DNA from: Acidobacteriota bacterium
Lineage (GTDB): Bacteria > Acidobacteriota > UBA890 > WLXD01
Direction: 5' to 3'
Assembly (NCBI GenBank): GCA_965248695.1
Contig: CBDFKD010000002.1
Coordinates: 2,592,001 to 2,656,000, forward strand
Length of the DNA stretch: 64,000 nt
This document shows positions 30,001 through 38,937 of the stretch, piece by piece. A program made the translations under genes and the position numbers. Each line of letters starts with the position of its first letter. The stretch's first letter is position 1. The notes beneath the pieces are model-generated. The model was not told where the DNA came from. It ran no database searches and saw only the letters and a list, made by a program, of their open reading frames with translations.

Positions 30001-31146
30001 TCAGCTCCCTTCAGGCCGGTACGCCCGATCGGGCGTGAGCTGGGCGCCGGTGAGCCCGGCTGGCTCGCTTTCTCCGACCACCGGCATCCGTAGTGTACCG
30101 ATGCCGTCTATGGTGGCCTCGATCACCTCACCAGCCTGGAGAAAACGTTGCTCGCCGCGCACCGAGGTGCCGACGCCGGTGCCGCCCGACGTGCCGTTGT
30201 TGATCACGTCGCCCGGGAACAGCGTGACGATCGAGGAGCCGTACTCGACCAGCTCCCACAGCGTGTGGATCATGTCGCCCGCCGTGGCCTCCTGCATCTG
30301 CTCGTCGCCGACGCTCAGCGTCTGCCGCAGGATCTCCATCGGATTGCCATAGAACTCCTTCGGCACGATCCAGGGACCCTGCGGAGCAAAGGTGTCGTGG
30401 CCCTTGCCGACGAACCAATCCGAGCGCAGCGGGTTGCCGCCCGGCGGCCGGCCGCCGCGATCGGAGATGTCGAGCGTCACCGTGTAGCCGAAGATGTGCG
30501 CCTCAGCGTCGTTGGCGGAAACGTACTTCGCGGTGCGGCCGATGACCGCACCGAGCTCGACCTCCCAGTCGATTCGGTCGCGACCGAACGGGATGACGAC
30601 AGGGTCACCGTTGCCGATCACGGCGCCCCGGCTGGGCTTCATGAACAGGTACGGAACGCCGCGATTCTCGCGCCGCTGACGACGTGCCTCGGTGCGTTCT
30701 TCGTCCGACCCCGACTCGTTGACGTGGCTGTAGAAATTCACCGCCGCGTTGAGGATCTTGCCCGGATACAGAATGGGCGGAAGCGTGCGCACCTGCCCGA
30801 CTTCATAGATGTAGTCCGGACGATTCACCGTGAGCATGTCGTGTCCAACTACGTGATCGACCAGCTCGTACAGGCGAGCCTTCATCCCGTACTCGTATCG
30901 GGAGATGAGCTCCAGCATGTCGGCGGGCAACGGGATCTGCGGATACGCCGAGTCTCGCTCCAGATCGGCGTTGGCGCGATCAAGCACCACGATGTAGTGG
31001 TCGCGCAGCACGACCCCCACCTCGGGCACCCCGTCGATCTCGAATGTCCCGACCTTGAAGGGTTCGGAGATGGAATCGACTTGCGCAGAGACCGGGAACG
31101 GGCTGGCAAGAGTCAGGAGCACAGTGAGAGCTAGGGCGTTTCGCAT
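30001..31146 (-). CDS. Fumarylacetoacetate hydrolase-family protein with signal peptide
   Basis: PYLFMKP, IDWEVELGAVIG, GYTVTLDISDR, WFVGKGHDTFAPQGP, PGDVINNGT; N-terminal MRNALALTVLLTLASPFPVSA. Confidence 0.88.
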   Translation of the reverse strand: MRNALALTVLLTLASPFPVSAQVDSISEPFKVGTFEIDGVPEVGVVLRDHYIVVLDRANADLERDSAYPQIPLPADMLELISRYEYGMKARLYELVDHVVGHDMLTVNRPDYIYEVGQVRTLPPILYPGKILNAAVNFYSHVNESGSDEERTEARRQRRENRGVPYLFMKPSRGAVIGNGDPVVIPFGRDRIDWEVELGAVIGRTAKYVSANDAEAHIFGYTVTLDISDRGGRPPGGNPLRSDWFVGKGHDTFAPQGPWIVPKEFYGNPMEILRQTLSVGDEQMQEATAGDMIHTLWELVEYGSSIVTLFPGDVINNGTSGGTGVGTSVRGEQRFLQAGEVIEATIDGIGTLRMPVVGESEPAGLTGAQLTPDRAYRPEGS

Positions 31147-31401
31147 GGGAGCGCCTCATCGAGTTACTGGGTTCGATACCCGTCCGACAGCCACGATTGC
31201 TTGGACGGCAAACGTTTGTAGCACGCGTCCTCGAGAGTGGTCGAGGGAGTGCACCGCCAGTCAGGGCCTGGGCCGGGGCGAGGCTCCCTGGCGTCGGCTC
31301 GCGCTCGCGCCGCGGCCGCGGCCGCGTGTCGGAGAGCTAGGCCAGGGTCGCTACGTGTCCGTTGGAGCGATCCGCTTCAGGCCCACAGCTCACATCAAGG
31401 A

Positions 31402-31911
31402 TCAACTCGACTTGCAAACCACGAGCTTGTTCGGAGCATGGCCTGAATACGAGACGATCCGCCAGCTGTCGTCCGCCTTTCCGAGGATGTAGGTCACCCC
31501 CCCGACGGACATGATGCTGCCGTCGGCGCGAGTGCGGGTGTTCGTGCCGCTGACGATCGCAGTGCCCGCATTCAGAACACAGACGTTCTTGGTGGTGAAG
31601 ATCGACCTGTTCCAGTCGCGCTCCAACAGGCCCGCAATCGCCGCCTCGAAGAACGCCAGGTTCTCTTCCTCGGTCGTATGGACCGAAATTCCGTTTCCGC
31701 CAATGGTCATCCACGGCAAGTGGAACGGATCGGTCGATAGCGCCTGCGGATTCCTCTCGTAGTAGAGGTTGTAGTAGCCCTCGACATGGCGCTGCGCCTC
31801 CGCCTTGATGAGGGCCTCCTCCGCGGCCGTCATCTCCTGGCCGACTGCAGGCAGGCTAGCCAGAACGAGGAAGAGTGCCGCGACGACGATGGTGCGACAG
31901 GAGTGCTTCAT
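31402..31911 (-). CDS. Secreted NTF2/SnoaL-like fold protein
   Basis: Signal peptide (AVG/Q); C-terminal strands ...TYILGKADDSWRIVSY typical of NTF2-like domains; GGAGGA RBS. Confidence 0.65.
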   Translation of the reverse strand: MKHSCRTIVVAALFLVLASLPAVGQEMTAAEEALIKAEAQRHVEGYYNLYYERNPQALSTDPFHLPWMTIGGNGISVHTTEEENLAFFEAAIAGLLERDWNRSIFTTKNVCVLNAGTAIVSGTNTRTRADGSIMSVGGVTYILGKADDSWRIVSYSGHAPNKLVVCKSS

Positions 31912-32051
31912 GGTGTCCTCCACGAAAATGGTGTTTGGGGAGTGCTACGAGTTGTCACGTTCTTGACTCTGCCTTCCGTCGAGACTGCTTGATCCGAGAG
32001 TGCCGATCCCCGGAATCAATCAGTACCGCTCCGAGCTCTCGCAGGGTCCGG

Positions 32052-32270
32052 TCATCGCATCGCAGACAAAATCTTGAGCCGATCGATTCGCTGTCGGTTG
32101 TGGTCCTCGAGACAGTTGGCGTGAATGAGTGGCTGGATCGAACCGCCCTCGAACGGCGCTGCTTCGAACTCGCAATCCAGATCACGGAAGCTGCTCCACT
32201 GTTCCTGGAGGGCGACGAGCTGATCGTGCGAACCGGCCAGGGAGCGATCGTACTCGCTCGCGTCAAGCAA
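32052..32270 (-). pseudogene. Truncated LprI/DUF1311-like (lysozyme inhibitor family) gene remnant
   Basis: QEQWSSFRDLDCEFEA...GGSIQPLIHANCL...RQRIDRL matches the C-terminal half of the family. An in-frame TAG lies about 14 codons upstream, so the signal peptide and N-terminal Cys are missing. Confidence 0.6.
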
Positions 32271-32454
32271 GGTGATGATCTCGCTCCCGAGCCAAGGCGA
32301 GCCTGAAGCCTACCGCCGGATCGCAGGAGATCCAAACGAAGGAGTTTGTTCGCCATCTCGTCGTTGCTACTGCTTTTCCGCATGACTACGCTCGGCCGTT
32401 GACGGTTACACCGAAAGCACCGGCAAAGCCCAATACCCGCGTAGGAGATCCTCG

Positions 32455-35400
32455 ATGAAGAACGACAACTCCCGGAGACGGCTCGGACTTGCGCTGACCC
32501 TAGCGGCGGCAACGCTACTGATAACCGGGATCGGCGGGGCGTCCGAAGGCCCTGCCACCGCGCCTCGACCGCCGGCGGTGGGCGGACTCGTCGGGGGCCA
32601 TAGCCAGGCGGAGCCGGGTGCGCAAGAGTCGACGGCGTGGGACGTGACCGCGGCGCGCGGACGGACGCGAACCATCGACTTCGAGACTCGCGAGGGAACC
32701 TGGATGTCGGTCGACATCTCACCCGACGGGCGCTGGATCGTCTTCGACCTGCTGGGGCACATCTACCGGGTATCGGCCGATGGCGGCGCCGCCGAATCCC
32801 TGACTCAGAACAGCGGCGTGGCGGTCAACTACCAGCCCAGCTTCTCGCCCGATGGAGCGACGATTGCCTTCGTCTCGGACCGCACCAACCAGCCCAACCT
32901 CTGGCTCATGGATAGCGACGGCGCCAACCCTCGCGCGGTTTTCCGCGACGACGCCGTGCGCGTGGCGAAGCCCGCGTGGACGCCGGACGGCCAGTTCATC
33001 CTGGTGCAGCGACGACCCGGCGGCATGTGGATGTACCACCGAGACGGCGGCGACGGGATCTCGATTCTGGATGACGAGTTCGCGTCGGCCGGCTGGCCGT
33101 CGGTCTCCCGGGACGCCCGCTACCTGTTCTTCGATCTGGCGAAGGACGTCGGCCTTGTCGGGGCGGTTGGCGGCGCCCGCCAGATCCGACGGGCCGAGCT
33201 GTCCAGCGGCGAGGTGATCAAGATCACTGCCGGGATCCCCGACACTCAGATCCGCCTCTCCAGCGGCGGCGGCTACGCTGCGGAGATCTCGCCGGACGGT
33301 CGATGGCTGGCGTTCGCCCGTCGCATTCCGAACGGGACCCTGAACTTCAAAGGACACCGATATGGGCCGCGCACCGCACTCTGGCTGCGGGACCTGCAGA
33401 CCGGGGCCGAGCGCCTCCTGATGGACCCGATCGAGAACGATCGCGTCGAGTCGCGCGGCTGGGACGTGTTGCCAGGCTACAGCTGGGACGCCGAGGGCCG
33501 CTCCATCGTCATCTCGCAGGGCGGCAAGATCCGTCGCCTCGATGTCGCCAGCAGCGAGGTGAGCACGGTGCCGTTCACTGCCAGAGTGCATCGCGTCATC
33601 TCCGAGCGCGCCTACGCGCCGTTCCGCATCGACGACGAGCCCTTCGACGCCAAGTTCCTGCGTTGGCACACGCTGTCTCCGGACGGCAGCAAGCTGGCGT
33701 TCGAGGCCGGCGGTCGTATCTGGGTGATGGATCGAGATCCGGAAAGTGGCACGCAGCGAGGCGAGGCGCGACGCCTTACCCCCGCGTCATTCGGGCCCTT
33801 CGAGCTCTCCCCTGCCTGGTCACCCGATGGTGAGTTCATCGCCTTCACCAGCGCCAACGAGGCGGCGCGCGGCCATGTCTGGAGGATATCCGTCGCCGGC
33901 GGCGCCCCCGAGCAGCTCACCGAGACCGAGGGCGAATACCTCCATCCAGTCTGGAGCCCGGGCGGTCGCGACATCGTCGCGGTGCGCGGATCGGGGGTCA
34001 CCAGCCACGGTCGCGGATGGATGTTCAACCCGTACTACGAGCTGGTGAACGTCAGCGCCTCAGGAGGATCCGGCCCCGGCGAGGTGATCACGATGGTCAA
34101 TCCGCCCTCCGAGGTGGGCGTCTACGGGGTCTCGCGGCGCTCGATCATGCAGCCCTCCTTCGGCCCCGGAGGGCGCGTCTACTTTGCCGAGGATCAGGAA
34201 AATGAAGACGGCAACGCGGTCGTGGCGCTGGTCTCGGTACGGCGCGATGGCAGCGGTGAGCGGGTGCACCTGACCTTCCCCTATGCCGACGAGATCGCCC
34301 CGTCGCCCGACGGCCGCTGGGTCGCCTTCCAGGAGGGCGACAACGTCTACGTCACGGCGTTTCCCGCCTTCGGTACCGGCGGAAACCCACCGCAGATCGA
34401 CAAACGCGACGGCGACCTTCCTGTACGCCAGGTCAGCTTCGAAGGCGGCATGTTTCTGCGCTGGCGCAGCGCCGACGAGCTCGAGTTCGGCAGCGGCAAC
34501 CGCCACCACCTCTATCGCGTCGACACGGGAGACGTGCAGAGCACCGAGGCGCGGCTGAAGCTGTCGCGGCGCATCCCCGACAGCTCGATCGCGCTCACCG
34601 GGGCGCGGATCGTCACGCTCGACGGCGATACCGTGATCGACAACGGCACGGTGGTGGTGCGTGGCAGCCGTATCGTCTGCGTCGGAGAGTGTGCCCTCGA
34701 CGTCGACAGGGTCGTGGACGCGACGGGCACCACGATCATCCCCGGCTTCATCGACATGCATGCCCACCACCATCGCGAGACCCGCGGGGTGATCGGCAAG
34801 AAGAGCTTCGAGGCGGCCGTCTACCTGGCCTACGGCGTCACCGCCGACCTCGACAACTCGATGTGGAGCCAGAACATCTTCACCACCGCCGAGCTGGTGC
34901 GCTCGGGCGCCCTGCTGGGACCGCGCACCTTCAGCACCGGTCCGCCGCTGTATCGCGGCGATGCCTTCCGCCAGAACGAGATCACCAGCTACGAGGTGGC
35001 GGAGCAGAACATCGCCCGCCTGCAGTCGTGGGGCGCAGTGTCGTTGAAGCAGTACATGCAGCCACGCCGCGACCAGCGCCAGTGGATCACCGACATTGCA
35101 CGCAAAGTGGGGCTGATGGTCACCTCCGAGGGCGGCGACCTGAACTACAACCTCGGCATGATCATGGACGGCCACACCGGCTGGGAGCACCCGCTCGGCT
35201 ACCTGCCCCTGTACAGCGACGTCACCACGTTCTTCGGGCGCGCCGAGGCCACCTATTCGGTCACCTTCGGGGTCGGCTCGGCGCCCTGGAACGAGAACTA
35301 CTGGTATGCCGAGAGCAACGTCTGGGAGGACGAGAAGCTGATGAGCTGGATGCCATGGCGGACCATCCTGCCGCACGCTCGCCGGCGACCACTGCGTCCG

Positions 35401-35847
35401 GCCACCGACTACAGCTTTCCGTATCTCGCACAGGCGGTGGAAGACATCATCGATGCCGGCGGCCACGGCGCCATCGGAGCGCACGGGCAGGGTCACGGGA
35501 TCGCGCCCCACTGGGAGGTGTGGATGGCCGCCTCGGCGATGGGTCCGCTCGGAGCCTTGAAGCTGGCCAGCCAGCAAGGCGCCTATTTTCTCGGCGTGCA
35601 GGAGGATCTCGGCTCGATCGAAGTCGGCAAGCTGGCGGATCTGCTCGTCCTCGACTCCAACCCGCTGGACGACATCCGCAACACCACCGACATCCGCTAC
35701 GTCATGCAGGGTGGCATCCTGTTCGAGGCCAACACGCTCGATGAGGTCTGGCCGGAGCAGCGACCCTATGGTGCTCGACCGTGGATGGAGGGTGACGCAA
35801 CCCGGGCCGACGACCGCCCGATCGACTACTGGGACCGAAGCCAGTAG
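32455..35847 (+). CDS. Secreted TolB-like (PD40 propeller) + amidohydrolase fusion
   Basis: Signal peptide, repeated SPDG motifs, PGFIDMHAH, GSIEVGKLADLLVLDSNPL. Confidence 0.9.
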   Translation: MKNDNSRRRLGLALTLAAATLLITGIGGASEGPATAPRPPAVGGLVGGHSQAEPGAQESTAWDVTAARGRTRTIDFETREGTWMSVDISPDGRWIVFDLLGHIYRVSADGGAAESLTQNSGVAVNYQPSFSPDGATIAFVSDRTNQPNLWLMDSDGANPRAVFRDDAVRVAKPAWTPDGQFILVQRRPGGMWMYHRDGGDGISILDDEFASAGWPSVSRDARYLFFDLAKDVGLVGAVGGARQIRRAELSSGEVIKITAGIPDTQIRLSSGGGYAAEISPDGRWLAFARRIPNGTLNFKGHRYGPRTALWLRDLQTGAERLLMDPIENDRVESRGWDVLPGYSWDAEGRSIVISQGGKIRRLDVASSEVSTVPFTARVHRVISERAYAPFRIDDEPFDAKFLRWHTLSPDGSKLAFEAGGRIWVMDRDPESGTQRGEARRLTPASFGPFELSPAWSPDGEFIAFTSANEAARGHVWRISVAGGAPEQLTETEGEYLHPVWSPGGRDIVAVRGSGVTSHGRGWMFNPYYELVNVSASGGSGPGEVITMVNPPSEVGVYGVSRRSIMQPSFGPGGRVYFAEDQENEDGNAVVALVSVRRDGSGERVHLTFPYADEIAPSPDGRWVAFQEGDNVYVTAFPAFGTGGNPPQIDKRDGDLPVRQVSFEGGMFLRWRSADELEFGSGNRHHLYRVDTGDVQSTEARLKLSRRIPDSSIALTGARIVTLDGDTVIDNGTVVVRGSRIVCVGECALDVDRVVDATGTTIIPGFIDMHAHHHRETRGVIGKKSFEAAVYLAYGVTADLDNSMWSQNIFTTAELVRSGALLGPRTFSTGPPLYRGDAFRQNEITSYEVAEQNIARLQSWGAVSLKQYMQPRRDQRQWITDIARKVGLMVTSEGGDLNYNLGMIMDGHTGWEHPLGYLPLYSDVTTFFGRAEATYSVTFGVGSAPWNENYWYAESNVWEDEKLMSWMPWRTILPHARRRPLRPATDYSFPYLAQAVEDIIDAGGHGAIGAHGQGHGIAPHWEVWMAASAMGPLGALKLASQQGAYFLGVQEDLGSIEVGKLADLLVLDSNPLDDIRNTTDIRYVMQGGILFEANTLDEVWPEQRPYGARPWMEGDATRADDRPIDYWDRSQ

Positions 35848-36201
35848 CGAGAAGCTCTGCGGCGACAGCGGGCGGCGATCGTGGGCTCGGTGGGCCCGTT
35901 CGCGGCCGTGGCCGAACAGTCGAGCTTGCCAATCGGACCGCCACCGAGGGCCGAGGCCGCGGTGACCGGCCGGTTCGCGAGCAGCGACACCCATCTTCTG
36001 ATGGGCTTTCGACAGACAAGGTAAGAACGAACCTACAAGCGTGCGCATCGCACGACAACGGTGTCCAATTGGCGTCGACAGCTAAGTGGTTCGCGTTGTA
36101 CGCTTCGCCATTCCATCATGCTGACACCGTACATATATGGGGAAACGTACACTCGCGGGATGGGCGAATAACCCGCGAAAATGAGCCCCGGAGGCTAGCG
36201 C

Positions 36202-36441
36202 ATGCCCATCAAGAAGAGCCGTTACGTTGCACCCGCCATCTTCAGTCTCGCGATCGCCGGTGTCTCCAGTTCGGCGAGCGCGTCGGCGGCCCCCAAGGTC
36301 GACATTTGTCATAAACCGGGTACTCCGGCGGCCAAGATCAAGAGCGTGCCTTCGCAGGCTGTCCCCGGCCATCTCGGCCACGGTGACTTCGTGATCGGCG
36401 GCAAAGGCAAGGGGGGCAAGGGCAAGGGCGGCTGCAACTAG
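36202..36441 (+). CDS. 79-aa candidate RiPP precursor / secreted His-Cys peptide with YxxPxI leader motif
   Basis: GGAGG RBS at 36190; MPIKKSRYVAPAIFSLAIAGVSSSASA-SAAPKVDICHKPG...GHLGHGD...GGKGKGGKGKGGCN; upstream of a PqqD/RRE gene. Confidence 0.75.
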   Translation: MPIKKSRYVAPAIFSLAIAGVSSSASASAAPKVDICHKPGTPAAKIKSVPSQAVPGHLGHGDFVIGGKGKGGKGKGGCN

Positions 36442-36520
36442 GGCGCTGTCACGGAGCCACCGGTCCCGAGTCGCTCCCCCTACTGCGATGCGGTTGAGCG
36501 CACGGTGAGCTGCGAATCGT

Positions 36521-36567
36521 TTCGACACTGCCCGATAGTCGAGCTAGCTATCGGGCGGTGGGTCGAA
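36521..36567 (+). terminator. Strong stem-loop between precursor and PqqD gene (attenuator or mRNA stabiliser)
   Basis: CACTGCCCGATAG / CTATCGGGCGGTG 13-bp stem (1 G-U pair), extended by TTCGA/TCGAA; no U-tract. Confidence 0.55.
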
Positions 36568-36662
36568 CCAGCCCGAAGACGGACCGACCGAGCCAGCCTG
36601 GTCGCCTCGATCGCCAGGGGTGCGGATACTCCGAAAGCCCGCGTTTCCGACGCGCACCGACG

Positions 36663-36956
36663 ATGAGCGAGACCCCGACCAATAGCGACAGGCCACTTGC
36701 GCGCCACGAGTTCTCCGCGGAAGAAATCGGCGACGAAATCGTGGTCATGAACACCGAGACTGCCTTGGCTCATCACCTCAACGCGACCGCAGGCGTGGTG
36801 TGGGACGCCGCGGACGGCTCGCGGACCGTGGATGAGCTCGCCGAACAACTGGTGGAACTATTCGATATCGATCTTGACACGGCTCGTCGAGATGTCGCGT
36901 CAGTACTTGCTCAACACCGTGATCTCGGCCTGATGACGCCATTGCCTTCGACGTGA
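36663..36956 (+). CDS. Stand-alone PqqD-family RiPP recognition element (RRE)
   Basis: EEIGDEIVVMN...HHLNATAGVVWDAADGSRTVDELAEQLVELFDIDLDTARRDV...L...GL, the PqqD pattern; 97 aa. Confidence 0.9.
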   Translation: MSETPTNSDRPLARHEFSAEEIGDEIVVMNTETALAHHLNATAGVVWDAADGSRTVDELAEQLVELFDIDLDTARRDVASVLAQHRDLGLMTPLPST

Positions 36957-36962
36957 TACCGG

Positions 36963-37595
36963 ATGAAACTGAAGGACCAACATCGCCACCTGCTCTTTCC
37001 GACACCGATATGGCAGTCGTGGTTCGAGGATTGCGGCGAGCTCAACGATCGGCTGCACCGGGACATCCTGGCATTCGACTGGGACGCGTACAAAAAAGAG
37101 AACAACCTGAGCTTTGGCGATGAGCTAACGTCGCGCAACGAAGACACGTTCATCCCGATCGATCGGGCCCCCGGCATCATGACCGTGCTGCGCGCAGCAC
37201 TCGACGGGGCTCGGGAAGCCGCGACGGACTACGGCTGGGACCTGGAATCGAAGGAACTGGAGGTCGTGCAGTTCTGGGCGAACGTCAACGGTCCACACGA
37301 GTACAACATGCAGCACAACCATGCGCCGAATCACATCAGTGGTGTGTACTACGTGTGGGTTCCAGAAGGATCCGGAGACATTCGCTTCCACGACGAGCGG
37401 ACCCTCCGGTCCGTGACCGAGCCGAACGCCGTCCGCGACAGTCCGCTCGCCTACACGAGCTATACGTTCCGACCCACCGAAGGCATGCTGCTGCTGTTCC
37501 CGAGTTGGCTGGACCACATCGTGGGTCAGAACCAATCGGACGACGTCCGCGTGTCCATCAGCTTCAATATCGACCTGGTAACCCCTAAGTCCTAG
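36963..37595 (+). CDS. TIGR02466-type putative 2OG-Fe(II) oxygenase
   Basis: LFPTPIW, WANVN, HNH...SGVYYV, FRPTEGMLLLFPSWLDHIV, RVSISFN; starts 6 bp after the RRE stop. Confidence 0.88.
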   Translation: MKLKDQHRHLLFPTPIWQSWFEDCGELNDRLHRDILAFDWDAYKKENNLSFGDELTSRNEDTFIPIDRAPGIMTVLRAALDGAREAATDYGWDLESKELEVVQFWANVNGPHEYNMQHNHAPNHISGVYYVWVPEGSGDIRFHDERTLRSVTEPNAVRDSPLAYTSYTFRPTEGMLLLFPSWLDHIVGQNQSDDVRVSISFNIDLVTPKS

Positions 37596-38776
37596 TGGCC
37601 TGTAAGGAACCCCTGACCCGCCGAACGATGATGCAGTGGGGTCTCGCCGGCTTGCCGCTGACTGCCACGTCGCCGCTTGAGCCTATCCTCTCCGCAAGGC
37701 AGAACGGCAGCGCGGATCTCGAGCGGCTACGCGGCCTCGTGAGGCTCTCGGGCGACGGACCGTCGATGACGCCCCCCGAGTACGTCGATCTGTTGCAGCA
37801 GATCTCTCGCGACGACGGGATCGAGACCGACAACTACTCCCGGGGCGGCGTCGTGGCCGCACTCGAGGAGCGCATGGCGGCGCTGCTGGGCAAGGAGCGC
37901 GCGGTGTTCCTGGCCACCGGTACGCTGGCCAATCATCTGGCGGTGCGCATTCTCGCCGGCGATAACCGGCGTGTGGCGGTGCAACGCGACAGCCACCTTT
38001 ACGCCGACTCTGGCGACTGCGCCACGGTGCTGAGCGATCTGAACCTGGTGCCGCTGGCCCACGGCCGCGGCACCTTCACCGTGGAAGAGCTCGAAGAGCT
38101 CCTCGAACGAACCGGCTCCGGGCGGGTAACGACGGGACTCGGGGTCATCTCGATCGAATCGCCCATCCGCCGGCGCTTCGGCGAGACATTCGACGACGGC
38201 GAGATGAAGCGCGTCTGCGCCTGGGCGCGCGAGCGCGGCATTCGCACCCACCTGGACGGCGCGCGCCTGTTCATGGCCTCCCCCTACACCGGGATCTCGC
38301 CGCGCCAGTACGCCGACCGCTTCGACACCGTCTACGTATCGATGTGGAAGTACCTCAACGCCATCTCCGGCGCCATCCTCGCGGGGCCCGCAGCGCTGCT
38401 CGACGACCTATTCCACACCCGACGCATGTTCGGCGGCGCCATGCCCGGCGCCTGGCCGCTGGCGGCGGCGGCGTTGCGCTCGCTCGACGGCTTCGAGGAG
38501 CGCTTCGCCGCGGGCGTGCGGGCCGGCGAGGAGCTAATCCGGGCGCTCGACGCCACCCCAGGCTTCGAGGTGCAGCACATCACCGGCGGCAGCAACCGCT
38601 TCTGGCTGTCGGTCGACGGCGACCCGGCGAAGCTCGTCGAGCGGGCGGCCGCGGCTGACGTGCTGCTGCCCTCACCAGGACGAGACGGCCGTTTGCTGCT
38701 GACCGTCAACGAGACGCTGGCCCGCCGGCCGACCCGATACGTGATCGAAGCGATCACCGCAGCTGCGGCCGGCTGA
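37595..38776 (+). CDS. PLP-dependent threonine aldolase-family protein with Tat-like signal
   Basis: LTRRTMM N-terminus, TGTLANHLAV, HLDGARLF, DTVYVSMWKY (PLP Lys), RRMFGG; GTG overlaps the upstream TAG. Confidence 0.85.
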   Translation: MACKEPLTRRTMMQWGLAGLPLTATSPLEPILSARQNGSADLERLRGLVRLSGDGPSMTPPEYVDLLQQISRDDGIETDNYSRGGVVAALEERMAALLGKERAVFLATGTLANHLAVRILAGDNRRVAVQRDSHLYADSGDCATVLSDLNLVPLAHGRGTFTVEELEELLERTGSGRVTTGLGVISIESPIRRRFGETFDDGEMKRVCAWARERGIRTHLDGARLFMASPYTGISPRQYADRFDTVYVSMWKYLNAISGAILAGPAALLDDLFHTRRMFGGAMPGAWPLAAAALRSLDGFEERFAAGVRAGEELIRALDATPGFEVQHITGGSNRFWLSVDGDPAKLVERAAAADVLLPSPGRDGRLLLTVNETLARRPTRYVIEAITAAAAG

Positions 38777-38797
38777 GCGAGCGAGGTCGTCGCTCGC
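38777..38797. terminator. Hairpin right after the aldolase stop
   Basis: GCGAGCGA-ggtcg-TCGCTCGC perfect 8-bp stem; no U-tract. Confidence 0.4.
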
Positions 38798-38937
38798 CTC
38801 CGCCTTGTCCGTTGAGCTGTCCCAGGCTCAGGCGGCCGACCCGCGTGTCGTCAGTCATGAGCGACAACTCCGTTCGAACGCCGCATCCCGCGCCCAGCGC
38901 AATCGAGAAGACTAGAACGGTAGCTCGCAGCGCTGTC

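Noticed and set aside
31875-32306. Plus-strand 143-aa ORF as a real gene
   Set aside because: It is antisense to the LprI-like remnant, overlaps the start of the NTF2-like gene and has no motif.
34060-36048. Long antisense ORFs (also 6436..7851, 21919..23526, 50726..52285, 54551..56686, 60625..62862)
   Set aside because: Shadow frames opposite well-supported genes, expected at high GC, with no recognisable motifs.
36060-36200. Riboswitch upstream of the precursor peptide
   Set aside because: Only one short hairpin is evident and I could not match a known aptamer consensus; an Rfam scan would be needed.
36202-36956. Lasso peptide or PQQ biosynthesis cluster
   Set aside because: No lasso cyclase or B2 peptidase and no pqqB/C/E nearby; the peptide lacks the PqqA ExxxY motif and a lasso-type core.
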